A DNA stretch of 64,000 nucleotides from Phoronis australis (taxonomy: Eukaryota > Animalia > Phoronida): assembly GCA_002633005.1 (NCBI GenBank), contig NMRA01000710.1:58065-122064 (forward strand), given 5' to 3'. Made by a program: the position numbers and the translations under genes. This document shows, piece by piece, positions 40,501 through 54,218 of this stretch. Below the pieces are notes generated by a model. That model did no database searches, was not told the origin of the DNA, and saw only the letters and a program-made list of their open reading frames with translations. Each line of letters opens with the position of its first letter. The first letter of the stretch is position 1.

Positions 40501-43500
40501 CTTCATTCGTGTTTTTCCGATTTATACTTTACATCCTATGTCAACAAAATCATTTCAATAAACTCCATCAATCTGCATTAAATGTTTCAGTGCGAACACT
40601 AATTAGGAATATGGAAAGGTGTCCATTATGAACTCAATACATACGTTTGTCTGCACAGCATCCATCAGCCCTTTGCCGGTGTTGTCGTAGTTTTTGACAG
40701 CATTCTTCAATACCTCATCCACTATGTTCTCGAACTAAATGATACAAAATGAAACGTCTGCTATCTGACACAATGTAAACAGAGGCATGCATTCAACATG
40801 TAAATATCATAGTTTATTACCCAGCCTAAAATATAAATGTAGGGGGCTCGAATTTTTAGTATGGGGACCATTAATTGAAAAAAAATGAGCGAGGACTAGA
40901 AAAAAAAAGGGGCCACTAGCTTCAGGCCTACAAATTGTCTATTTGCGCCGAATTCCTATGGACTTTGTGGACTTTTGTTTCCTTCACTTGGACTTTTTGT
41001 TTCACTAAGGCGGACCTTTTTGCCCAATTCGCCAAATTTGGGGGGAGGAACTCGTTCGAGTCTCCCGAGCCCCCCTGGGTGCGCCCATGTATCATTGTTT
41101 ACTGCATAAGTCCACAACACAGTGATATTATTTCGTAGGCATTGGGAGAACGAATAGAGTACTACAGCCAATTAAGATCATGCAGAACTTCATTGGCGCG
41201 AAAGCACCACGCTACAAAAGAGCTCGACGGATATCAGTGCGGTATTGTTGGTAAATACATCAAGATTCGAGTGTCGCCGTGTAATCCAGGACGCCCACAT
41301 CACCCTACTTCACACAATAAGGCCATATTTGATTCCCTTGACCGACAGCTGACAACGTTCCTAAAATGGGATGAGTTATGATAGTTTCTATCTTTTTTCA
41401 AACTGTTGATATTTACAGTGTACTTGAGGTATATGTACTTACCGAATCCTTGAAAGCAATGGCGAAGATGCCGGCAGCCAGAAGGACAATAAAGATGATG
41501 AACAGGAATATGAAGAACTTTAAAAAAAAATGGAAAGTATACATAAAGGTTATTCCACATACACTGGAATACTATTGCAATATCGAGAATTCATTTCATC
41601 AGGGAATGTCCCAGTGAGACCCGCGAGCACGTAACCACGAATATGATGACGTCATTCACGTGAAGTAGATGTCTGAGAAGATACCAGCAACTCAACCCCA
41701 CTGTCAACATAATGTGACTATTGAAGAGACTCTGCACCTGGTAAGGAAGTTGACGGTCTCGTATTCCTGCATCATCACGTGCTCCTGACATTGTTTAATT
41801 TTTGGTGACTGATGAGTTACACTATATTTATGTGCATAAGAGTATATTATGAGTATAAGAAGTCTTGCAACTGGTGAAAATTTTTATTTAATACAGAGTA
41901 AAAATACTGGTATTGGATCGCTACTTTTTGGTCCTGCATAGTGGAAATGATACATGAACTTGATTCTTGCATAAGAAAGCACGTTTTGGATTTTTGTCTT
42001 GCATCTCCATACATGTACAGTGGGGGTGTATAATGCAGCAGTCCACTTGTCTCCATTGGTACCAATGCAGATGATTGTCAGTAATAATAGTATTGACAGT
42101 GATAAGGACAACAACAATAATAATACATGCTTTTAGAAAGGTATTTGCTTATTGGCTATAGGTACAGTACTGCAACCCAGCCACGCTAGACCATGATCAC
42201 CATTATTGCAAACACTGATACTTACTGTAGTCAACATGCACTGCGACTCGCGCATGGCTCCACAGCATCCCAAAAAGCCGACGATCATAATGACCGCTCC
42301 TATAGCAATAAGAATGTAGGCGGCGGTGTAGAAATTCTGGAACTCTTTCTCATCGCTGATGTAGTCTTTGAACTGGGGGTCAACCAAAACCCAAATGGAG
42401 ACTCCTATGATGGCGCAGCCCAGTAACTGAAATTATAAATTACAAAGCGATTGATGTTTATGGCTAATTACAGACTTGTGTGTCACTAAGTAGGTATTAC
42501 CTTGTGGGAAACATGAACAGTTGCAATCGACTCATTTTGTGGTCCATGCTGTTACACTCGACAAATACAGTCGCACGTGGGCACATTGCGATCCAGTCTG
42601 TCACACTCGACACATACTGTCGCACTCCTCACTTACTGTTGGCACATGCTGCCGAAATCGACACACACGTGCGGAGCACAATATGCCACAGAATGTGACA
42701 AAACAATCGTAGCATATTGTCATTTTAAATGGAGAAAAGACACCGATAGGAAACAAAACATGTGATTTTCACTTTTGTTCGAGGAAGGCAATGTCAGTTA
42801 TATTGACACTCAGTAGTTGAATTTCAATAAACATTAAAGCCTGTCTGGGCATTTTAAGATCTGCGCTGTAATTAAATGCTACTATAGGGCATTTGGTTGA
42901 TAATTGAGTCTGTTCTGTGTGCAAGATTCCTTGACCCAGTTTTTGCTCTGTCATGGCTTTTTACTTGGCGAAATAAATTTCGCCAAGTATATTCCTTACA
43001 AAAATGAGCTTAAGTTTTCATCGAAAAACTTCAGTTTTTGGTCTGAAAACCTTAAGTTTTCATTCACGAAAACTTAAGTTTTTGGCGAAAACTTAAGTAT
43101 TTTGGAACAAGTTTTTTGGAACGAACTTAAGTTTTCATAACTTAAGTTTTCAAAAACTTAAGTTCTGTCACTAAGTTTTTTTGTTTGTTCGCAGGACACA
43201 GGTCGCAATTTTCGTCCGCTGATCACGAAATTTACACATAACACGTAGTTTGGAAAGTACTGGGAGCCTGTTGTTTTTCGTCATAATCGGATCCAAGATG
43301 GCGGATGTAGCGGCCATCTTGTTTTCGTTTAAAAGTTCAAATGCTTCTGGATGCTACAATTTTTTACGTAAAGAGCTGAGAATCGGCACAGTTATTGCAT
43401 TGAAAGTGTGCTACAACTATACTGGAAATTTTTTACTTCCGATTAAAGATGGCGGAAATATCGGCGATCGCGCATGCGCACCTCGGTTTTGGCCTGAAAA

Positions 43501-46500
43501 CGTTTTCTCCTGTAAAGGGCGCATTATAGGACCACTTCCTTCGAATTTTTGCAGGTATTAGTTTCTTGTGACATGCTATTGTACAAAGACAAACACCGGA
43601 AGTTGCTTTCAAGATGGCGGATCTGGCGCATGTTGACCCATTTTCAGTTGTGCTGGAGTGCCATTTTGAACGGGAAGAGAAAATGACGCGATTTTTTGCA
43701 TGTAGATTCTTTAAAGTAAACCCTTTCAAACGATTTGTCACAATTTTTTCTCAGACTTACCGTTTTCGAGTTATTTAATTGACTTTGAATTTCAAAAAAG
43801 CAAAATTTCAAGGTTTTCGAAAAATTTGCGGAATTCTGCGATACCATCAATTTAGACAGAGTTTTGAACGGGCTTTCAGATGGTGTTTTTCATTTTTCGC
43901 TAGAACGTCTACTTTTCGAATTATTTGAGATTTTATGATAGCGCTGTTCCTTTGTTGAGCGCCCTTACCGCATTGATGTTGGTTAAACTTCTATTGAACT
44001 ACACTGTAGCCTATTTCTTGCTGATTTATGACATCTAAGTGCGTCATATGAATGCTATGATGTTATTCAGCATCATCACCATCGTCATCATATTCGTCAT
44101 CTTTGTCATCATCTCCGTCGTCGTCTTTTCAGTTAATTTCGCCATGTATCGCTCAAGACTGTACTGATTTCTGGCCTCTCCGTTCGTCTTATGAATGCTA
44201 TCACTACTTACTTGTTGTATTGTTCATCATCGCCACCATCGTTGTCATATCGTCACCTTCGTCATCATCTCCATCATCGTCTCTTCTGTTAATTTCGCCA
44301 AGTGGCGCTCCTCGGAGCGCTTTCATTTAAACCTTGACCGCGATAAGTTGAAATTTTACAGGGAATTCAAATACCCTTCAGACACTTTAGACTCTAAAAT
44401 GTTGGCTCGTCGACACCAAATTTCACCTGATTTCTGTATGTGGAGAGTTTTGGTAGTCTGGATGCACTCTCAGCTCGTAGTAACTGTATGCAAATGGTGG
44501 CTTTGGGGTGGAAACCGCTGATTTGACGTATTTTTGTTCGTGGCCGGTTGCGCTTTCGATAGTTTTAGAAGGCTGAAAATTCAGTGACTTTGGAACAATT
44601 CTCAATAGACTTTGGGCAGTTTTTTCAGGTCTTTGGCTTGTATACTCTTCATATTTCAAGGTCTCGTAAATCCTGTGAAATAGACTGTGGGAACCCAAGT
44701 TCCAAGACCTGTTTTCAAAATCCTAAAACGTGAAAAAGCTGTTGGTGATTGCCACCTCACCAGTAGCGAGACAGAACACTCAATCGTTCAAGTGACGTAG
44801 ACGCGATTTTGAACATGTTGTGCTTTATATACAGTTTTTGCGAATTGAACACGATGACTGACCAGCAAAGCTAACGTTAGATATGTCAATTTTTCACAAA
44901 TACTCAAATAGGCTTCATAAAGCCACAGTTGCCAGCACTCGAAGATGAGAGAGCGAAACATCTCGATCTACAGACCGTAGTACAAGGGGTAAACACCCCA
45001 CCCCGACGGTTATACTATTACATGAATTTTTCATTAAAGTCGTGTCTGTTGAATGGAACGAATAAATAGTGGTGAACGGTGTGAATAAACAAACACGATA
45101 ATACAATTCGTAAGACAAATTAAAGCTGGACATTCTCATGGTAGCATCTGACACAAGGGACAAATTTTTAAGTAGCAGAACGGTCCCCTCAAAAGTGAGC
45201 ATTAGGAAAGTATGGGTGCTGTTGAGTTTTGGGCAGGGAAATTTTTGGGAGCAAGAAATTAAAAAGTATATATACATGTATTGTGTCATGCTCCTGATAC
45301 TAAAAGTGTTTCCCACCGCAAAGCTTCAGCTAATAAATTACAGTAGATAACACTCCTCTTAGTAAAGTGCCACCTTTCGACCAGCCTGCATACTTTTCGA
45401 TTAATTATTCGCGGGTTTTTATTCTTATACTAGGTTTACCTAACTAGGAAAACCGCTAGCGAATAAATAACCATTTAGGCAGACAGCCCAACTATACACG
45501 AACGGGGTAATTTCCGCCAACAGTTAGTTTGTTTCCTTACCACATGGATCGCTTTTACGTGAAAACTGATGTGAAAGCACGTTCACCGCTTAATATAAAT
45601 TAAATGATATGACGATAGAACAAAGGCCTCTTACCGCTAAGTATGTCTACACTTTGAATAAACCACTCCTGGTATGTATAAGTCATTGTTTGAATTAAGG
45701 GGTATGACTACACAGATGCAAACCAAAACGTCATTTGGAGGTAACTCAAACCACCTGCAAAGCGCCAGCACAAATGACCCGTGCAAACGTTCACGCAATA
45801 GGCGTTTGCTGCTAACGAAAGTACCAACGAAAACGCTTGACAGTGAATCGGGTATTAGAGTCGTTTCAAATACAAAGAGTCAGACCTCAAAAATAGACAC
45901 AAAACGAAAAAAATGGCCACTAGGCGGGGGTACAGTATGTAGTGATCGTCGCGTCTTTAATAGAAACCAAAATTTCATGACAACCAGTCAACGAAGTCCA
46001 ACGCCAGGGAAACGGAATAAGCGAAATCGCGTAGAGAACAGTAGTAGTCGGGTCCGTCTGAATATCGTCGTCAAAAGATGCCACAATCACAAATTTAACG
46101 ATCCTGCTGAGGGTTTAGGAAATACAGCAAGGAAAACAAAACTGCCAAAATAAAGCGCCACACTGGTCAGAGCCGCCCAAAAAATCATTGTCAGCCGACC
46201 TCCCGTTAAGAACACATGTTTGCAAACACGTTGAATCCATTCGGAAACAGAAGCATGGCGTCTAGTCTGTAGGTAATCGTTTGTCAAATTCCATGAAAAT
46301 CCGGAAGTCCGATCACAAAAGCAAACGTAAAGCAAACTAAGATTGCAGACCACTTGTCGAATCTTCCGAAGTCATACATGTATATTCAGCTTTGGACGCG
46401 GTATTACTTTACATAATAGAGTGAATATTAAACAAATAAAGGACAGTCACAACTTGTGTAGATTATAAGGTTCCGCAGCCACAAGGGAAAAGAGACCATG

Positions 46501-49500
46501 ACAATCAAGACTTATTCGCAAACCGTTCAAAAATTTTTCACTTTTCATCAGTTGACAAATTTGTTGTAGTAGGCTTAACCTTAAGGTTTTCATATGTCTC
46601 GAGCGCTACACAGCTCTTTGTAACATGAGCAAAATATGGCGTTAATATGCGTCCAAATTGCACCCCTAACAGTAGTTTTGTATGGGTAGTTATTAGTTCC
46701 GTACGAGATAGACAGAGACAACAATTGAACCACGGGGGTTAGCTGCAATAGTCAGTATTGACAAACAAATACGTCAACTTTTTAAACTAACATCAAATCA
46801 TAAAGTTAGAAAATTAAAGGCGAAGGCAACCTTTTTTCATGTCATTTTGAGCTAAAATAAGGTTGGTTGGTTATCCTAGACATATTTTCCACTTAATTAC
46901 AGCTTTTCGTAATTTTGTTAATTACTCGTCCGCTACTCCGGAAGTGACGTTTTAGGAGGCAAGCATTTTGCGCCAATTTCTTTTCATATGGTCTGACTGT
47001 GAGAGCTGCCGAGTCGGTCATTGTTCTACCTCGGTTGTGTTAAGTTACGTCGTCGTTTGCTTTCATTTACTAATCAGTCAACATGCCACACTGTTGCTGC
47101 GTACCGGGATGTACTAATTATCGTCTCACGCGCGCTTTGGGAGTACCTTTGCATCGCTTTCCGATGGATGACACACTTCGCCGTACTTGACTTGTTCGTG
47201 TGAAGAACGCAGCGTTACCCGTCTCCGCAACATACAAAGTAGTCGAGAATTTCCGTGTGTGTGGCAAGCACTTTCTGCCGTCCGAATACGAAAGGGATTT
47301 GTACGCTGAACTGATGAAGGTCCCTGCGAAACAACGCCTGAAGAAGGATGCCATTCCGTCTGTGTTGATTCCCGACAGTGCCCCGTCGCCACCCCCGAGA
47401 AGTGCGTTTTTGAAGAGAGAAGCCTCGCGAGCTGTGGCCAGTACAGTGACTGGAGCCAGTGGAGGCACTTCATCCACTGTCACCCGTGCCTCCGAACGTA
47501 CCCCAGAGCCATTCCTGAAACCAGTAGCGATTCGCCTTGTGCTGTTTTCTCCAGCCCAAAGCCTCTAAGCAGCCCTACAGCGATATTGAGTTGTGGGAGT
47601 GATTACAGGCTCAGTTCGACACCCAGTGAAGAGGACAGTTCGTCGTCCAGTGAACAGATCGGTGAGCCAAACTTTGATAAGTTTATTGTGGGCTTGTCTA
47701 AAGTGTTGGAGCTATTTAGAAGGTGCCAGGTGTGTGGCGAGGCAGTCACACGACACGATGTAATTAGTTTGGGTGCTCAGGTCACCATCCAGTGGGAGTG
47801 TGTCGCGGGACACTCTGGCAAGTGGGACAGTTGTTCCTCTGTCCGTGGTATGCCGGAGGTCCACTTAACCATGTCCAGTAGTGGCTTGGCCTCGTCGAAC
47901 TCTGAACAGCACAAGCATTCCATTGAGGTAGGCATAACAACGCACACAGTGCATTTGCACCAAGATGTGTCACCACGTCTGTCCTCAGTAGCCGCCTCGT
48001 TTCTCTCAACAGCTGCCTGTGCCTGTGCGTACTCTGCCTCGTTATACTCGGGCTCAAACATGTACCCACCCACTGAATGTCCTTGAAAAAAATCCTCGTC
48101 ACCACTGCTGTGAACAAGGTCTCCGTCACTCACACTACTGTCACTGTGATACGGGTCACCGACTCCAGCCATTTTCAGCTTACAACACACTAAACAATCC
48201 CTAAATCCAACGTAGTTGAGTTCTCTACTAACCTATCTTGCCGCAGAATACTCGCCGATGGAAAGTGGTGGCGACAATTGTTGAAAAACAGCACAAAACA
48301 AAAGTAGAATAGAACAGATTCGCACGGTAAAGTCAACGCAAAACCAAGTGGCGGGAAACGCTTGCCTCCTAAAACGTCACTTCCGGAGTAGAGGACAAGT
48401 AATTAATAAAATTACGAAAAGCTGTAATTAAGTGGAAAATATGTCTAGGATAACCAGCCAACCTTATTTTAGCTCAAAATGACATGAAAAAAGGTTGCCT
48501 TCGCCTTTAAACAATTTGCAACAAAGAAAAAACGTTCCTTAAGGGGCACATCATCATACTTCCAAAATTAATAAGACAGTCTACTTCACTTGTTATCATA
48601 ACGAACGCCGCTATGGCGTCATTGTCTGTGTCAAGTGTCATTGAAATGCATAAAGAGTTTCTTTCGAAATTTGGAAACTCCCCTTCTTCCAAAAGTACTG
48701 AAAAGGACCCTTGTCGACACCAAAACGGCCACACGGGGGTTGCATTGCTCTAACCCAACCCGGCGCACTGTCAGTACATACAGGTACCTCAAAAATACGT
48801 ATTTGCAAGTATGTTCTGGAGATATCGGCAAACCCCGTTTCCGAAAACAATGGATTGGCCTGCCCCTCTAGGCCCTGGGGTCCACGAAGGTTGGAAAGTG
48901 GCGTTCATTTCGACATTGATGGCCTACTTACTTTTTGTTCAATATCCCACGTCGACAAGGGAGTTACGAGATATCGAGAGGACAACTGAAGAGCGCAACC
49001 GGACAAAATGACCCGAAATTGACCTCACGCCAGAAAATGAATGACAGGTGTGATTGACCAATCAGAATGCTGCATTCCGGACACTCATCCAGACTGCAGT
49101 TCAAGTCGCCATTTGTCCGACAAACATTAGCGGCTGTGGGACAAAACACGTTCAATTACAATGTGCACATTAATTACCGAAAATACGTAGCATTTTGGCG
49201 CTACGCCGTGGCACTACAGAAACGGCAAGCACGTAAATCGACGTAAATCTTCATCCCGTTCCCGAACCTTTGCTGAAGCCTCTTGCCTTTTGTCTTTGTC
49301 ATGGCGAGATTCATAGGGAAGATGATGTTCGCCAAAGTCTGCGTGAATATCAGTTAGCACACCGGTCGTGCGTGACCTTAGGTTTGCAGAAGATTGCTCC
49401 GCCTAGCTATGATGTCACGTGATGCGGAAGTCCGACATCAGAGAATATAAAAGGAAAAGGGTTATTTAATTGACCCACCTCGGTGAATTTGGCTCTGAAA

Positions 49501-52207
49501 GTGATAACATAGTCTTTACCTGCCATCTCAAACATGCTAATCTTCCACGGCAAATGATTGTTGATTGATGTTAACTTCGATACATACATTCTTTTTTTGA
49601 AAATATGGTTTACGAGTGTGACCTTGAAGGGCAATACTTACACGAGAAACTGAATTTACATTTACTCAAAAAATCACTCAAATGTAAATGGCTCAAAAAT
49701 ACATTTTCAAGATTTCGCAGTTGCAGCCATGTTGAATTTGACCTCGAAACGAAAAATTGTTATGGGAATGAACTCCTGCGAAACCAAATAGTTCAGGAAA
49801 TTTGCAACTTAAAAAAATTAAGATGAATGAATAAAAAGTTGCGTCTCATGATGGGCTACCATACTGAATTTATTCGAAGTAAAAAATTGCCTAAGCTTAT
49901 CACAATGGCAACCCAGCTGAATTTGATTTGCGATCACATTGGATTCCAAATCTGGAGGACAAGTTCAGGTGAGCCAAAATTTCCAGGTTGAACCTATAGG
50001 GCGTATAGTCGTCTAATCTGTCACAAAACTGAGTGTTGTTAGGCAGGTAAACATATTCTTATCACTGCTAGGCAATGTCACATTGATATAATTTTATTAC
50101 CATACTCTACGTTATCAACTGAATAATCCGATAGAGGCGATTCAGTCTAAAGGTCATTCTGACAAATGAAAATCACAAAATGATTCCTTTGCCACGATAG
50201 GTATTGATTTTTACCGTTAAAACGAATTGGTGTGTCACTTGGCATTGACTTGAAGCCACCCAATGTCCGATGTGTTGTCACACCTCTTAACTTTTGAAAC
50301 GCATAGTAATTTAGTGACGCCCTGAGTTCAACAGGCGAAGTCCAGCAATGTGTGTCATAACTCAAGCTATCCACACGGGCACCTAAATTAGCGCAAGTTA
50401 CACCTGAGTTAACCTGTCATAGATCAGCCACATCTTCATACTATATTCACACAGTGTAAAGATCGTGGAGAAGGGCACAAGTCATGGTGCGCAAGTCATT
50501 TTGGTAGACTAATGGTATTATCGACCACATGCAAAATGTATAGGGTTTAAGAAACAGTTTGCCTAGCTATATATCAGAAGCATAAAAATTATTGCAGGTG
50601 ATCTGTGCATCTTTTGTAAGAGAGAAGTTGCGTCACAATTTCCATCCCTGTTCACGCAATAATATTATTCCTGCCTTGCCAGTGTGCTAGGGTAAGTTCC
50701 TCTAACTTGAGGAGGCGGGGGTAAGTTGTTACACCCGCGTATAGGGCACTAGATCCTCTTTTGTCCACATGATTTCTTAACTTAGTGCAAGTTACATGTA
50801 CACCTGGTGTGCCCGCCTAGACACAGTTTTGGTCGTCTCATGCAATTTGTTTACATATTTCATGTTGGGGAACCCAGCAATGTCTTAAAACAAACGCAAC
50901 TGGTCAGTGCAAAAGCACCAAGCAATCCAAGGTTTAGTGACTGGTTTAAGACAATAGCAAACCAAGATTAATATCATCAAATTTAATTTCATCATCCCAC
51001 ACGACTTAGGGTGGAGTTGTCTAATACATTAACAGGAGGTGACTGGGTGGACCTCCTGTCATTCTTATCGTGTTTGATCATAACAGTAAGGTGACAGCCT
51101 CTCTACCGAGGTGGCTAAAATTAATTTGATATCGGTGTAGACTGTAAAAATTCCTCAATGAATGTCAAAAAAGAAAACTAAACCAGAATATTAGTGACGT
51201 CATACAGCCTCCGTAAAATATCAACTAGAGCAGCCTTTTCGTTTGGTGCAATACACGCACATTGCCAAACAAATCAAGTTGATTTCAAATGTAACATTCC
51301 ATTACTCTAAATGTAAGACTGAAAGAAAAGTTTTCAAATCAGGGGTTCGAACAAGGAAGGGGGAGTTAACAAGCTACTTACTTGCCTCTGACGAGAAACG
51401 ACCAATAAAACTTAATCGAAACCTGACTCTCGAAACAATTAATTGTTCAGCAATGATAAAAATTCAAGTGCACACAAATTAACGTCTTTCACGTGCCAAG
51501 AAGCACGATTTAAACCGACTCAATGTTCCTTTACTGATTAAAACTGAAGCTTTGAGTTTTCACACCAAAAGATGACGTTGCTGTGCCGGCGTAAGTATGC
51601 CCGGGCTCGTGCTTCAGATGTGGACATCAAAGGTAAATTAGTTAAGATTATTTGGAACTATGAGATACTCATGAACCACACAAAAATGTGCATTTTTGTT
51701 AGATCTTCACATCGCGAGTTTCATTCCAAAGCAGACAAATCACGACATCGTCAGAAATGTGAAACTGGGATCCGATGCCCAAAAGCTTTGTCGATCCTTG
51801 ATTCAGGAATAACTAATAAAGGTTATCATTTGTTAAATGAGTTTGAAACACTAAGTACCCCACTACAGCTATAAGAATAATTCGAGAGCAGCGAAGTGCC
51901 AAGCCTTCAGTACATTGGGTAATATTAGGAATAATTCAGAAGCACTCACTATAATAAATATACAGTGCATTGCATATAAATGGTGTCAACTTGCTGTTCA
52001 CGGAGGAGGGGTTTTTGGTCTTGCAAAGACCTGACAGTTAACTTGACCGTCATTGACCACCAGACAGTACGTGTAACTTGGCGCTCATTATCGGCAATAT
52101 GGCGTTCGGTCACAGACATTGTTACTTACCCAAAACAGAAGGTTAAAAACAAACATCAAATATTTGATGCACTTGTGACATCCACCTAAACCTTCACCCT
52201 GTCCCAT
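31530..52207 (-). CDS. Tetraspanin, CD9/CD81-like (4-Cys EC2), 7 coding exons, 223 aa
   Basis: Phase-0 GT-AG exons on minus strand: 52207-52130 (MGQGEGLGGCHKCIKYLMFVFNLLFW), 42426-42226 (LLGCAIIGVSIWVLVD...GFLGCCGAMRESQCMLTT), 41517-41443 (FFIFLFIIFIVLLAAGIFAIAFKDS), 40734-40645 (FENIVDE...MDAVQTN), 35959-35873 (LECCG...DTCKLRYYTT), 33538-33455 (PCSKKLFDFF...GIGCVM), 31586-31530 (LLGMILSMVLCCAIRQNS*). Four TM helices, CCG motif and the classic tetraspanin intron pattern. Confidence 0.93.
31890..32190. repeat. ~32-34-bp minisatellite (TGTGTCACAACACTAGGCGCACATTATCGCAATA), about 9 copies
   Basis: Direct reading; in the last tetraspanin intron. Confidence 0.85.
35703..35754. repeat. Perfect 23-bp inverted repeat with a 6-nt loop
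   Basis: ACGGTGGGAACGACGGAAAGATG-TTAAAG-CATCTTTCCGTCGTTCCCACCGT. Confidence 0.95.
42962..43960. mobile_element. Probable non-autonomous DNA element: hairpin, AAACTTAAGTTTT array and CAAGATGGCGG-rich body
   Basis: Hairpin TACTTGGCGAAAT-AA-ATTTCGCCAAGTA (42962-42989), about 8 palindromic ACTTAAGT motifs to ~43177, then repeated AAGATGGCGG/GCCATCTTG motifs typical of invertebrate non-autonomous elements. Ends not defined. Confidence 0.45.
47083..47870 (+). pseudogene. THAP-domain / transposase N-terminal remnant
   Basis: MPHCCCVPGCTNY...LHRFPMDDTLRRT*LVRV...RVCGKHFLPSEY...RLKKDAIPSV is a C2CH THAP with TGA (47188-47190) at the conserved Trp. After a frame change comes KFIVGLSKVLELFRRCQVCG...VTIQWECVAGHSGKWDS (CxxC...CxxxH), truncated before any DDE core. 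Confidence 0.82.
47865..48172 (-). pseudogene. Truncated KolX-like accessory protein (P2X7 C-terminal ballast-like Cys-rich domain)
   Basis: MAG...SSGDEDFF...YMFEPEY...DTSWCKCTVCVVMPTSMECLCCSEF matches the FEPEY + WCxCxxCxxMPTxxECxCCxE pattern of P2X7-ballast-like proteins. It is cut off at the deletion junction near 47865. Confidence 0.75.
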
Positions 52208-53542
52208 GTTGTATGGTTGTCTTTATAATGTACTAACAGCTTTCTGGACGAGATTGGCTGTATGTCAACCAAACAAGCTTGCTGGCTATGAATGGGGTCA
52301 CAGATTACATACTCACTGTATCATCAATGTGATAGTGACACTCCTAACGATAACTTGTGTTATCGCGTTTACGACAAAAACTTCGAGAGGCAAATTAAAT
52401 ATATGACTCAGTGGCGACTTTGAAGGGGACAAAGGGCCATGCCCTCCTAAAAAATACCAATTTTTGTAAATAAGTAGCAGCGACCGATATAAAAAATCTA
52501 CGTGTGTTACTCAGAAATTTTGTGTGCAAAAAACAAGATCTTAGTCTTACATCAACAGTTGCGATATATTTGGAACATTTTTCTGCCTGTCCGCTCATTA
52601 GACGGATGCCCGAGGGGTACGGAACCCAAGGCGCATCAACCACAGTGCCCCATATGTTTTTCATGGTACCATCAGATGTTCGGAGGGTCCCTGCCAAGCA
52701 CCTCATGAACCACGGCTTAGTCTATTCTACAATCGCCAGGTGCCTATTTAGGTTCCGGTACTAGAAACATCGTCCAGGTCATCAAAAAATTCCTGGCCTC
52801 GCCAGACACTTTCAGAGGCCCTTTATGTCCGGACCCCGGGCAGAGTGCATGAACATGTATATTATAACATGAAAATGCACATCGGGCCCCGACTGACTCA
52901 ACCAAAACGTGCATAACACACAATCTGGATATCAAGAATTTGACACTGTAACTCAAGAAGAGTTTGTTCTCAGGAGAAACTGGTAAAACGTTTACGATAG
53001 ATTTGAAGAAAACTACCCACATACCAGACTTTAGAAGAATCTGTTCCATCCATATTCATAAAGTGGGCTATCTTGGGCGCTCGCGCCCGATTTTAACAGA
53101 GAGATATCTTGAGCGCCCTCACCCTATTAGATCCGGTACAGAATTATATTGTCTTAAAAATACTGTAAAACCACTTCTTTATCTATCTAAGTCCTTTATT
53201 TTGGGTAGATCTGACTTTCTTAATATTTTAATACATTTTTACTCAGAAATCATATTTATTTATCAATGGTTAATGGATATGGCTGTGGCTCCAGCTACAT
53301 ACCCTTACAATATGTAAAAGAACAAACCATCATACTGAACAAATAAGATTTTTTTGAAAATAATTCATGATCATTGGGCGTACAATTAACATGGATTATA
53401 GAAGAGGGAGGAGGGGAAGAGGAGGGGGAGGGAAAGTTTGATGCACTCATTCACACCCAGTCTCACTCGATTTTATTAACTCAAAATATATTTACATTTA
53501 CATACTAGGCGTGTCATTTAGAAATGAGTGAATATCAATTTT

Positions 53543-54126
53543 TCTTTTTTACCGTCTTATTCGGTCTATATCCACATCGCCTCATATACGGTCGACCTCA
53601 CCTTGCCGACAGGTGTCGCGCTAACCTGTGCGGAAGGTGAGAAACGACGCAGTGACGTCAGTGGTTCGTCAGCAGAGTGAGTGCCGCTATATTGCGGTGC
53701 ATCGTTCTCGCTTGTCTGAACTATGAAGCTAGGAAGAAAGCGGGTATATCGTTTTTTCGACTTCCTCGAGAGTCCGATATGCTGTAGGAGGTGGCTCGCG
53801 GTAGTGAAGAATGAAAGGTAGGCTGTTAATAGCAAGTATGAGGCCGTGAAACATCTCCGTGAGTGTGGCCGGCATTTTGACGACAGTGATTTCTCTGACG
53901 AATTCCGGCGTTGCCTGTGCATGTTCACGGCGCCTCTCTAGTATTTCTTGATCAGTGTATTCCGGTTCGAACTGATAGTCTGTGAACCTATAGTAACGAT
54001 CCGATCCGTGTAGTCTTCGTCGGATGAGCTCTTGACTAAGTAGGAATTGGCGCCGGGAGAGTTGCCATGTAGACGTGTAATAATCTGCGTTCTGTTTCAA
54101 AATGAATTATTCTCATCCTAACCAAT
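53543..54126 (-). mobile_element. Second copy of 22626-23206 (FEPEY-containing part of the Kolobok-type family), without TIR
   Basis: Colinear high identity with 22626-23206 by eye (TATCCACATCGCCTCATATACGGTCGACCTCACC...AATGAATTATTCTCATCCTAACCAAT); translates [16 protein letters not shown]. Confidence 0.85.
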
Positions 54127-54218
54127 ATTTTTCATTTTTTTGTAAAAATTGAAGAATTGTGTGTGACTGTGTACTTGGCAAAATATGTTTTTACAGCTAC
54201 AACAGCCCTCTCTCTGCC

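Larger units (their letters stand above)
46818..48506. mobile_element. Internally deleted Kolobok-type DNA transposon (1689 bp) in tetraspanin intron 1
   Basis: TTAA on both sides (46814-46817, 48507-48510). Near-perfect ~155 bp terminal inverted repeats begin AGGCGAAGGCAACCTTTTTTCATG. Contains a THAP/transposase 5' part (+) and a convergent Cys-rich ORF (-). Confidence 0.88.

Noticed and set aside
44423-44698. ORF with KPPFAYS resembling the start of a forkhead or HMG domain
   Set aside because: No further domain residues follow, and no splice context supports it.
45674-46153. 159-aa basic ORF in tetraspanin intron 1
   Set aside because: No recognisable motif; probably a chance ORF.
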